Of a stretch of DNA of 64,000 bases, positions 38,453-46,338 are shown in pieces; within the stretch, counting starts at the first letter, position 1; every line of letters begins with the position of its first letter. Both the position numbers and the translations under genes were made by a program. Source of the DNA: an uncultured Acidimicrobiaceae bacterium (lineage in GTDB: Bacteria > Actinomycetota > Acidimicrobiia > Acidimicrobiales > UBA8190); NCBI GenBank assembly GCA_963737015.1, contig CAVTQZ010000001.1:1375772-1439771 (forward strand), given 5' to 3'. Under the pieces are notes generated by a model. It saw only the letters and a program-made list of their open reading frames with translations, made no database searches and had not been told where the DNA came from.

Positions 38453-40255
38453 TTGTCGGATACGACACCGATGACGCTCGAGGACGCGACCCGGCAGCTC
38501 GTCGCGCCCGGCCAGATGTTCGAGCTCGGCGAGACGGTCATTCGCGGGGTGCAGACGAGGGTTTGGAAGAACTGCCCCTCTGACCTGCGCGTGGTCCTCG
38601 AGCTCTCGAGAGGGCACGGGGAGAAGGACTTCATCGTCTACGAGGACGAGCGGACGACCTTCGAAGGGCACTTCCGTTCCGCGGCCTCGTTTGCGCACAC
38701 GCTCAGGGACCGCTTCGGGATCACGAAAGGCGAGCGCGTCGCGATCGCGATGCGCAACCTACCCGAGTGGGCGGTGTCGTTCTGGGCCGGGGCGGCTACC
38801 GGGGCGATACTGGTGCCGTTGAACGCTTGGTGGACGAGCGCGGAGCTTCGCTTCGGCCTCGACGACTCCGAGAGCACGGTCGCCGTGGTCGACACGGCGC
38901 GCTTCGAGAGCATTCGGCCGCACCTCGCGGACCTCCGACACCTCCGAGGCGTGGTCGTTACGAGCGAGGACCGCCACGCCATCCCCCCGGTCCCCGACTC
39001 CCCGGTGCCCGTCGTCTCCTTCGCCGAGCTGGTCGGCGACCCCGCGCCCGACATCGCCCTACCCGACGTCGTGATCGACCCGGACGACGACCTCACGATC
39101 TTCTACACGTCGGGTACTACGGGAGTTCCGAAGGGAGCCGTCGGGACGCACCGCAACATGTGCACGAACCTCATGAGCCTCTACTTCGTGAACGCGAGAG
39201 CGACGCTTCGTGGGTCGAGCCTTGCCGGAGACGACCAAAGCGGCGGGGAGACTGCGGCTCAGAATCCCCCGAGTACCCAAGGCTCGTACCTGCTCTCGGT
39301 CCCCCTCTTCCATGCGACGGGATGTCATTCGATCCTCGTCGCGAACACCGCAGCGGGCAACAAGCTCGTCATGATGCACCACTGGGACCCCGAACGCGCG
39401 CTCGAGCTGATCGAACGCGAGAAGATCACGACGTTCGGAGGCGTCCCCGCGATGGTGATGCAGGTGATCGATTCCCCCGACTTCGAAAAGCGCGACACCT
39501 CATCGGTGCGCGCCGTCGCCTACGGAGGTGCGCCCGCCCCTCCCGACCTCGTTCGCCGCATCAAACAGCATTTCCCGGTGAGCGCCCCGTCGAACGGTTA
39601 CGGCCTCACCGAGACCTCGTCGGTCACGACCATGAACAGCGGCGACGACTACGTGCGGAAGCCCGAGAGCGTGGGCCCCCCGGTACCGGTGTGCGAGGTC
39701 GCCATCGTCCCCGAGGATCACGGGGGCGACGAGCCGGGCTCCGATCTCCCCGCCGGCCCGGAAGTCCTCGGTGAGATCTGGGTCAAAGGGCCGAACGTCG
39801 TCCGTGGCTACTGGGGCCGTCCGCAAGAGACGACTGCGACGTTCACGAAAGGCTGGTTGCACACCGGTGACATAGGGCGTCTCGACGACGAGGGTTTCGT
39901 CTACGTCGTCGACCGCGCCAAGGACATGGTGATCCGCGGCGGTGAGAACGTCTACTCGGTGGAGGTCGAAGCCGCACTATTCGAGCATCCGGCGGTCGCC
40001 GACGCGGCCGTGATCGGCGTCCCGCATCCCGTGCTCGGCGAAGAGGTGGGTGCCGCGATCGTCCTGCGCAGCGGGACGAAGCTGAGCGCCGAGGAGCTCG
40101 CGCGACATGCCCGTGAGCGTCTCGCCGGCTTCATGGTCCCGACGCACATCTGGTTCCTGTCCGAGCCCCTCCCGCGAAACCCGCAAGGCAAGGTGTTGAA
40201 GCGCGACCTTCGCGACAAGCTGATCGGATCCTCCGGGGAGGGGACGGGAAGCTAG
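38453..40255 (+). CDS. Acyl-CoA synthetase / AMP-binding (FadD-like long-chain fatty-acid--CoA ligase)
   Basis: YTSGTTGVPKG AMP-binding motif and GEIWVKGPNVVRGYW; TTG start 38453 (ATG 38471 alternative). Confidence 0.8.
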   Translation: MSDTTPMTLEDATRQLVAPGQMFELGETVIRGVQTRVWKNCPSDLRVVLELSRGHGEKDFIVYEDERTTFEGHFRSAASFAHTLRDRFGITKGERVAIAMRNLPEWAVSFWAGAATGAILVPLNAWWTSAELRFGLDDSESTVAVVDTARFESIRPHLADLRHLRGVVVTSEDRHAIPPVPDSPVPVVSFAELVGDPAPDIALPDVVIDPDDDLTIFYTSGTTGVPKGAVGTHRNMCTNLMSLYFVNARATLRGSSLAGDDQSGGETAAQNPPSTQGSYLLSVPLFHATGCHSILVANTAAGNKLVMMHHWDPERALELIEREKITTFGGVPAMVMQVIDSPDFEKRDTSSVRAVAYGGAPAPPDLVRRIKQHFPVSAPSNGYGLTETSSVTTMNSGDDYVRKPESVGPPVPVCEVAIVPEDHGGDEPGSDLPAGPEVLGEIWVKGPNVVRGYWGRPQETTATFTKGWLHTGDIGRLDDEGFVYVVDRAKDMVIRGGENVYSVEVEAALFEHPAVADAAVIGVPHPVLGEEVGAAIVLRSGTKLSAEELARHARERLAGFMVPTHIWFLSEPLPRNPQGKVLKRDLRDKLIGSSGEGTGS

Positions 40256-40794
40256 AGCCACCTCCCACCACGGCGACGGCCGTAGTAGGGCTCTGGCAAG
40301 GATCCCGTCCCGACGGAGGTGCCCGGTCCCGCTGCAGGGGGCGGCGGCGGCCCCCCGACGTAGTGATGCCCGTACCAGCCCCAGCGCCGGTGGGACCTGC
40401 GCCAGAAGATGAAGAAGCCAACGCCGAACAACAGCCACGGGAAGTGCCAAGGCCACATCATCGAGCTCACGGCGGCGGTGAAGAGGAAGACCGCGACGAG
40501 AAGCAGCACGAAGTGTCCCTTCCGTCTGCGCTTCACGAGCTCGGGCGGAGGCGGCAACACGTCCGGCGGCAGGTCGACGAGCAGGCCCGCGAGGTCACCC
40601 CGGGTCTTGGCGGACATCGCACGCTGGAGCCTGTCGTTGAACTCGGTCTCGTCGAGTCGTCCGTCGGAGTAGTTCTTGGATAGCGACTCGGCGACCTCGG
40701 AGCGCTCGGCGTCGGAGACCCGCATGTCGGCGTTCGGGACGTCGGCCCGGCTCCGGGCGAACCAGGGCGACCACGGAGGTATGTAGCCGGCCAT
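40252..40794 (-). CDS. DUF1707 domain membrane protein (LiaF-like N-terminal domain)
   Basis: RVSDAERSEVAESLSKNYSDGRLDETEFNDRLQRAMSAKTRGDLAGLL (DUF1707), then TM helices. Its ATG 40794 overlaps the upstream stop (TGATG). Confidence 0.6.
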   Translation of the reverse strand: MAGYIPPWSPWFARSRADVPNADMRVSDAERSEVAESLSKNYSDGRLDETEFNDRLQRAMSAKTRGDLAGLLVDLPPDVLPPPPELVKRRRKGHFVLLLVAVFLFTAAVSSMMWPWHFPWLLFGVGFFIFWRRSHRRWGWYGHHYVGGPPPPPAAGPGTSVGTGSLPEPYYGRRRGGRWL

Positions 40795-41147
40795 CAGGCA
40801 GCGCTCCTGCGGTAGTCGTGGTGCCGATCGAGCCACTCCTCGGCGATCGAGACCCGCGCGTCCTCCTCCGGTATGAGGAGCCACGCCGCGAGGTACGCGG
40901 GGATGCCCATGCCGCCGAGCAGCGTGAGGACCACCGCTGCGATCCGCACCACCGCGACGTCCACGTCGAAGTACTCCGCGACGCCGGCCGCCACACCTGC
41001 GACGATTCGTCCGTGCAGCGGCCTGCGAAGCGGGAGGGAGAGCCTCCCGCCTGCGTTGTAGGGCCGGACCGTCGGTATTTCGGTCCTGTCCTCTGCCCTG
41101 TCCTCTGCCCTGTCCTCTGTGCTGTTCTCTGTCGTGTTCTCGGTCAT
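40794..41147 (-). CDS. PspC-domain membrane protein with acidic repeat N-terminus
   Basis: GRIVAGVAAGVAEYFDVDVAVVRIAAVVLTLLGG is a PspC domain. The ATG 41147 start (MTENTTENSTEDRAEDRAEDRTE...) is preferred over the track start 41213. Confidence 0.65.
   Translation of the reverse strand: MTENTTENSTEDRAEDRAEDRTEIPTVRPYNAGGRLSLPLRRPLHGRIVAGVAAGVAEYFDVDVAVVRIAAVVLTLLGGMGIPAYLAAWLLIPEEDARVSIAEEWLDRHHDYRRSAA
41085..41140. repeat. Short tandem DNA repeat (~12-nt unit ctgtcctctgcc, ~3 copies) encoding the acidic TE(N/D)/DRAE repeat of the PspC protein N-terminus
   Basis: gtcctgtcctctgccctgtcctctgccctgtcctctgtgctgttctctgtcgtgttctc seen directly in the sequence. Confidence 0.4.
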
Positions 41148-41239
41148 GTGACCATGATCCGCCCACCCGGCCAACCTGAGAATCGGGAAGCACCCTGGTT
41201 CCCCCCTGAGCACGGGCCCCCGGATGAGGGTTGCCCCTG

Positions 41240-42589
41240 ATGGTCAGGGCGCCTGGCCGGTGGGATCATCGATGCATAGAGAGTCACCGGCACTTCCACC
41301 ATCACCTGTGGCGCGTCGCCCGCAGCGGCGGGCCGCTCCGCCGCAGCCGCGACGGCCGCATGCTCGGTGGGGTTGCGGCCGGGATCTCGAGGAAGTGCGG
41401 CATAGACCCGAACGTGGTGCGCCTGGCGTTCGTGCTCGGGTCTCTCGCGAGCGGCTTCGGTGTGGCGGTGTACGTGATCGCCTGGGTGCTCCTGCCCACA
41501 GAGGGCGAGACGACGAGGATCGCCACGAAGGTTCTCGGCGACTGGCGCGGCATCGCCGCTGCACTTTCGTTCATACCCGTCCTCGTCGTCGCGCTCGCGC
41601 TCGGTGCTGCCCTCCACGTCCCCTGGGTGGGCACGATGGCGACTCCCCTGTGCATAGCGGCGGGCGGCTTCGTCCTCGTCTGGCGCAACGTCGACGACGA
41701 CGAACGCTCCGTCATGGAACGTGCGATGCGGCCCCTCGTGCGGCTCGGCCTCACCGGCAGGGGATCGTGGCGATGGCTCGTCCTGCGGGTGCTCCTCGGC
41801 GCCATGATGGTGGGTGGCGGTGTCGCCGCTCTCACGCTCGGTCCGAACCGGGCGGTCTTCCGCCCGCTCGCCGGGGTGTTCCTTGTCGTAGCGGGTGCCG
41901 TCGTGGTGTTCGGTCCGTGGTGGTTGCACGTGGGCCGCGCTCTCGTGGACGAGAGGCAGGCGAGGGCGCGTGCCGAGGAGAGATCCGAGATGGCGGCGCG
42001 CGTCCACGACTCGGTGCTGCAGACGCTCGCGCTGATCCAGCGCCGGGCGGAACAGCCGCAACAAGTCGTGAAGCTCGCCCGTGCGCAGGAGAGGGAGCTT
42101 CGCTCATGGCTCTTCGAAGGCCGGGTCCCGGGGACCCCGGACGCGAGCGGCGACGACACGACGCTCGCGACGGCGATCGCCCGCGTCCAGCGCGACGTCG
42201 AGGACCTGCACGAGGTACCCGTCGAGGCGGTGGTGGTCGGTGACTGCGAGATGGACGACGGGATCCGGGCCCTCGTCGAGGCTGGACGCGAAGCGACGGT
42301 GAACGCCGCCAAGTGGTCCGGCGCTGCGGTGGTCTCCCTCTTCGTCGAGGCGGAGCCCGACGAGGTCTCGATGTTCGTGCGCGACCGCGGGATCGGCTTC
42401 TTGAAGGAGGACGTCGGCGCGGACCGCCGGGGGGTCGCCGAGTCGATCTACGGCCGCATGGCGCGCCACGGCGGGAAGGCGGACCTGAGGAGCACCCCCG
42501 GCGTGGGCACCGAGGTTGTCCTGACCATGCCGAGGCGCCGAGGAGCACCCGAGCGCGAGGCGGCCTCGACGAGGCAGGGCCCGATATGA
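41240..42589 (+). CDS. PspC-domain sensor histidine kinase (LiaS-like)
   Basis: N-terminal PspC domain (RRSRDGRMLGGVAAGISRKCGIDPNVVRLAFVLG), TM helices, HisKA_3-like H-box (ARVHDSVLQTL) and HATPase_c. Start is TTG 41231, ATG 41240 or ATG 41360. Confidence 0.7.
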   Translation: MVRAPGRWDHRCIESHRHFHHHLWRVARSGGPLRRSRDGRMLGGVAAGISRKCGIDPNVVRLAFVLGSLASGFGVAVYVIAWVLLPTEGETTRIATKVLGDWRGIAAALSFIPVLVVALALGAALHVPWVGTMATPLCIAAGGFVLVWRNVDDDERSVMERAMRPLVRLGLTGRGSWRWLVLRVLLGAMMVGGGVAALTLGPNRAVFRPLAGVFLVVAGAVVVFGPWWLHVGRALVDERQARARAEERSEMAARVHDSVLQTLALIQRRAEQPQQVVKLARAQERELRSWLFEGRVPGTPDASGDDTTLATAIARVQRDVEDLHEVPVEAVVVGDCEMDDGIRALVEAGREATVNAAKWSGAAVVSLFVEAEPDEVSMFVRDRGIGFLKEDVGADRRGVAESIYGRMARHGGKADLRSTPGVGTEVVLTMPRRRGAPEREAASTRQGPI

Positions 42590-43251
42590 CCGAGACGATG
42601 TCGAAGCGCCCGAGGGTCTTCCTCGTGGACGACCACGGGCTCTTCCGCGCGGGGGTACGCGCCGAGCTCGGGGACTCCGTGCAGGTGGTCGGCGAGGCCG
42701 ATGACGTGGAGCCCGCCATCGAGCTCATCTCGGAGAGAGTCCCGGACGTCGTCCTCCTCGACGTCCATCTCCCTGGCGGCGGAGGTCAGCTCGTCGTCGA
42801 GGCGGTCAAGTCGCGTCATCCGGGGGTGCGGTTCCTCGCGCTCTCGGTCTCCGACGCTCCAGAAGACGTGATCGCCGTCATTCGAGCCGGCGCGCGCGGG
42901 TACGTCACCAAGACCATCTCGGGGCCGGAGCTAGTTGACGCCGTCCGCCGCGTCGCCGCCGACGACGCGGTCTTCTCGCCCAGGCTCGCCGGTTTCGTTC
43001 TCGACGCGTTCGCGTCGCTCCCCCCGGAGGTCGTACCCGCGTCGTTCGACCCCGAGCTCGACCAGCTCTCGGGACGCGAGCGCGAGGTCTTGCGACTGAT
43101 CGCGCGCGGTTACACCTACAAGGAGATCGGGCGCGAGTTGTCGATCTCGGTCAAGACCGTCGAGTCACACGTGTCCGCGGTGCTCCGCAAGCTGCAGCTG
43201 TCGAGCCGGCACCAGCTCACGCGCTGGGCGACCGAGCGGCGTCTCGTCTGA
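42586..43251 (+). CDS. LuxR/NarL-family response regulator (LiaR-like)
   Basis: REC domain (VFLVDDH...D) plus a C-terminal LuxR HTH (GYTYKEIGRELSISVKTVESHV). ATG overlaps the kinase stop (ATGA). Confidence 0.8.
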   Translation: MTETMSKRPRVFLVDDHGLFRAGVRAELGDSVQVVGEADDVEPAIELISERVPDVVLLDVHLPGGGGQLVVEAVKSRHPGVRFLALSVSDAPEDVIAVIRAGARGYVTKTISGPELVDAVRRVAADDAVFSPRLAGFVLDAFASLPPEVVPASFDPELDQLSGREREVLRLIARGYTYKEIGRELSISVKTVESHVSAVLRKLQLSSRHQLTRWATERRLV

Positions 43252-43258
43252 GCGCCTG

Positions 43259-43894
43259 CTACCTGTTCGGCTGGGGCGTGACCCGCAGGTAGGGCTTCAG
43301 CTTCTTGAAACCCTTCGGGAACTTGCGCTCTGCATCCTCGTCCGAAAGGGCGGGAACGACGATCACGTCCTCGCCGTCGCGCCAGTTGACCGGCGTCGCG
43401 ACCTGGTAGTCCAACGTGAGCTGAAGCGAGTCGAGCACCCTGAGGACCTCGTCCACGTTGCGGCCGGTCGAGGCCGGGTAGGTGATGATGAGCTTCACCT
43501 TCTTGTCCGGCCCGATGATGAACACGGAGCGGACGGTCAAGGTGTCGTTGGCGTTCGGGTGGATCATGTCGTAGAGGTCGGCCACCTTGCGGTCGGGGTC
43601 CCCGACCACGGGGAAGTTCACCGCCTGGCCCTGGGTCTCCTCGATGTCCTTGTCCCACTCCTTGTGGGACTCGACCGGGTCCACCGACAGCCCGATCAAC
43701 TTGGTGTCGCGTTTGTCGAACTCCCCCTTGGCCTTCGCGAATGCGGCGAGCTCGGTCGTGCAGACCGGGGTGAAGTCCTTCGGGTGCGAGAACAGGATCC
43801 CCCACGAGTCGCCGAGCCACTCGTGGAAGTTGATCGTGCCCTCTGTGGTGTCGGCGGTGAAGTCGGGGGCGGTGTCGCCCAGGCGTACTGGCAT
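43259..43894 (-). CDS. Peroxiredoxin (1-Cys Prx / Prx6-like)
   Basis: FTPVCTTE peroxidatic Cys motif; 211 aa. Confidence 0.8.
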   Translation of the reverse strand: MPVRLGDTAPDFTADTTEGTINFHEWLGDSWGILFSHPKDFTPVCTTELAAFAKAKGEFDKRDTKLIGLSVDPVESHKEWDKDIEETQGQAVNFPVVGDPDRKVADLYDMIHPNANDTLTVRSVFIIGPDKKVKLIITYPASTGRNVDEVLRVLDSLQLTLDYQVATPVNWRDGEDVIVVPALSDEDAERKFPKGFKKLKPYLRVTPQPNR

Positions 43895-44003
43895 TTCTCC
43901 TCCTGAGTGGGCTCGCGGCGTTCGGATTGTGGCGTCGCGTGGGAGTGTACCGACCGGACGTCCAATTGTCGACCCGATAGGTCAGCTTTTGTTGTCTGGG
44001 AAG

Positions 44004-44795
44004 ATGCCGCACGTGCCCGAGCCGGCCGTAGAGGTGAACCGGGACGGCGAAGTCGGGGTCGTGACCATCCGCCGGCCCGAGCGGCGCAACGCCGTCGACT
44101 CCGCCACCGCCGCCATGCTGCTCGAGGCCTTCGAGCGGATCGACGCCGACGAAGCGCTCTCGGTCGGCGTTCTCACCGGTGCCGGCGGCACCTTCTGCGC
44201 CGGTGCGGACCTGAAGGCCCTCGCCGAGGGGGACCGTCGCCCCGTTCGCGACGAGGGGCCAGGGCCGATGGGGCCCACGCGCCTCGAGATGTCCAAGCCC
44301 GTGGTGGCGGCGATCGAGGGCCACGCGGTGGCGGGAGGGCTCGAGCTCGCCCTTTGGTGCGACCTCCGGGTCGCCGCCACGAACGCCGTGCTCGGCGTGT
44401 ACTGCCGGAGATTCGGTGTGCCGCTCGTCGACGGCGGGACGGTGCGGCTCCCCCGGCTGATCGGCCAGAGCCGGGCGCTAGACCTCGTCCTCACAGGACG
44501 TGGGGTGTCGGGGCCCGAGGCCCTCGCCATGGGCCTCGTCCACCGGCTCGCTGCGCCCGGGCGCGCCCTCGAAGCAGCTCTGGAGCTCGCCCACGAGTTG
44601 GCCGGCTTCCCGCAGACCTGCATGCGAAACGACCGCGCCTCGCTCCTCGCGCAGTGGGGCTCGGACGAGCACGACGCCCTCGTGACCGAGGCGCGCCTCG
44701 GCCGGGCGACGGTGGACAGCGGCGAGAGCGCCGAGGGGGCGAAGCACTTCGCCTCGGGGGCGGGCCGCCACGGGGAGTTCGGCGACAAGCGGTGA
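44004..44795 (+). CDS. Enoyl-CoA hydratase/isomerase (crotonase family)
   Basis: RPERRNAV...GAGGTFCAGADLK...AIEGHAVAGGLELALWCD. The ATG 44004 start is preferred over the long upstream track ORF. Confidence 0.75.
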   Translation: MPHVPEPAVEVNRDGEVGVVTIRRPERRNAVDSATAAMLLEAFERIDADEALSVGVLTGAGGTFCAGADLKALAEGDRRPVRDEGPGPMGPTRLEMSKPVVAAIEGHAVAGGLELALWCDLRVAATNAVLGVYCRRFGVPLVDGGTVRLPRLIGQSRALDLVLTGRGVSGPEALAMGLVHRLAAPGRALEAALELAHELAGFPQTCMRNDRASLLAQWGSDEHDALVTEARLGRATVDSGESAEGAKHFASGAGRHGEFGDKR

Positions 44796-45517
44796 CCGAC
44801 GAGCCCCGGCCTCAGGTCGCGGCCTTCGACTTCGATGGCACGTTGACGAACGGCGGAAGCGTGTGGCCGTTCCTCGTGGAGTTGGTCGGCCGGGCCCGGG
44901 TTGCCGACGCCGCGGCGCGCGTCTCGCCACAGCTCCTTCAGGCGGCCCTCCTCGACGCGCACCACGCCGACGACGCGAAGGAGGAACTGTTCCGCAGAAC
45001 CTTGGCCGGCTTGGACGCGGCCGATGCCGCGGCCACCGCAAGTGCGTTCGGAGTGAGGCACTACGTACGCCACGCCCGGGCCGACGTGCGCGAGCGCCTC
45101 GAGCGTCACAGGGCCGAGGGGCACCTGCTCGTAATCGTCTCCGCCTCACCGGGCATGTACGTGAGCGCGGTTGCGGAGCACCTCGGCATCGGAGGGGTGG
45201 TTGCGACGAGCCTCGCGGTTGGTGACGACGGCCGTCTCACCGGCTCCTTCGACGGAGGCAACTGCCGCGGGCAGAGGAAGCTCGACGGGCTCATGAACTG
45301 GATGGAATCCTCGCTGCGCGCGGGACACGCCGGTGAAGGTGCCTCCGGCGCGCGACCGGACACTTCTTCACCGCGACCGTTCTTGTGGGCGTACGGCAAC
45401 AGCCGCGGCGACGCTCAGGTGCTCGCCCGCGCGGATGTCGGGATCGACGCGGGCAGGCTCGGCCGGCTCGGGACCCTGAGGAGCTTCACACGCCTGAAGG
45501 ACGCCCCCGCGCCCTGA
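44792..45517 (+). CDS. HAD-IB family hydrolase
   Basis: AAFDFDGTLT motif I...VIVSASP...GNSRGD. GTG start overlaps the crotonase stop (GTGA). Confidence 0.65.
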   Translation: MTDEPRPQVAAFDFDGTLTNGGSVWPFLVELVGRARVADAAARVSPQLLQAALLDAHHADDAKEELFRRTLAGLDAADAAATASAFGVRHYVRHARADVRERLERHRAEGHLLVIVSASPGMYVSAVAEHLGIGGVVATSLAVGDDGRLTGSFDGGNCRGQRKLDGLMNWMESSLRAGHAGEGASGARPDTSSPRPFLWAYGNSRGDAQVLARADVGIDAGRLGRLGTLRSFTRLKDAPAP

Positions 45518-45534
45518 CGCATGCTCTACAAGGC

Positions 45535-46338
45535 TTACCAGTAGCGGCGGAGCCGGCGGTAAAGACGCGGTGCGAGCGCCCTGAAGACCTCGGCGACGTC
45601 GATCAGGGGCGACGCGCTGATCGATAGCGAGCTCGAACCGAGGCGCCGCAGGACGACACGCGACACCTGCTCTTCTGTTCGCCTTGTGAACCATGGCGGG
45701 CGGCGCAGCCCACGCTCGATCGCCGCGAGCCCCATCGGCGTCGGCATCCATGCCGGATACACGACGTGCATTCGCACCCCGCGCCGAGCCACTCGAAAGC
45801 TCACGCTCTCGGTGAAAGCGGAGAGCGCTGCCTTCGAAGCCGGGTACGCCCCAGGGCCGGGGGCGGGCAGCCGGCCACCGTCGGAGGAGACGTTCGCCAC
45901 TGTACCGGCGCCGCGCTCGATCATCCCCGGCAACACCGCGAGCGTGCCGGCCACGGCGGCGAAGAAGTTCACGGCAAAGGTCTGCTCGAAGTCGGCGACC
46001 GAGATGTCGGCGAGCCTCACGCCCGGGTCGTAGGCGGCGTTGTTGATCAGCAGATCGATACGCCCGTATTCGGTCTCGACGTCGCGGAGCAGTGCGCTCC
46101 AGGCTTGTGTGTCCGAGACGTCGCACGGGTACGCCCGCGAGCGCTTCGAGTGCGCGCGCAGGTCCATCTCGAGCTTCTCCAGCAGGTCGGTCCGGCGGGC
46201 AACCGCGACAACCGTCGCGCCGGCCCGTGCGAGATCCATCGACAGCTGACGGCCGAGGCCCGAAGATGCACCCGAGACGACTGCGACCCTGTCTTCGTAG
46301 CGGCCCCCGTACAGCGCAGTGGCGTCGGCGCCGCTCAA
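45535..46338 (-). CDS. SDR family oxidoreductase
   Basis: VSGASSGLG cofactor motif, NNAA, Y-x3-K (YPASKAA). ATGA overlap with the upstream gene. Confidence 0.8.
   Translation of the reverse strand: MSGADATALYGGRYEDRVAVVSGASSGLGRQLSMDLARAGATVVAVARRTDLLEKLEMDLRAHSKRSRAYPCDVSDTQAWSALLRDVETEYGRIDLLINNAAYDPGVRLADISVADFEQTFAVNFFAAVAGTLAVLPGMIERGAGTVANVSSDGGRLPAPGPGAYPASKAALSAFTESVSFRVARRGVRMHVVYPAWMPTPMGLAAIERGLRRPPWFTRRTEEQVSRVVLRRLGSSSLSISASPLIDVAEVFRALAPRLYRRLRRYW

Noticed and set aside
41302-42312. 336-aa minus-strand ORF and 339-aa plus ORF (41224) overlapping the PspC kinase gene
   Set aside because: Alternative frames or antisense of the kinase gene; Arg/Pro/Ser-rich low complexity.
43257-43297. 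Inverted repeat ctacctg...caggtag between convergent response-regulator and peroxiredoxin genes
   Set aside because: 7-bp arms separated by a 20-nt loop; it overlaps the peroxiredoxin stop codon and is not a convincing terminator.
43116-44324. 402-aa minus-strand ORF overlapping peroxiredoxin and crotonase regions
   Set aside because: Out-of-frame and antisense overlap with two supported genes; GC-frame artefact.
43907-45517. 536-aa plus-strand ORF covering the crotonase and HAD hydrolase genes
   Set aside because: Only the last ~240 aa (HAD hydrolase from GTG 44792) are coding-like. The upstream part is an alternative frame of the crotonase gene with Arg-rich composition.
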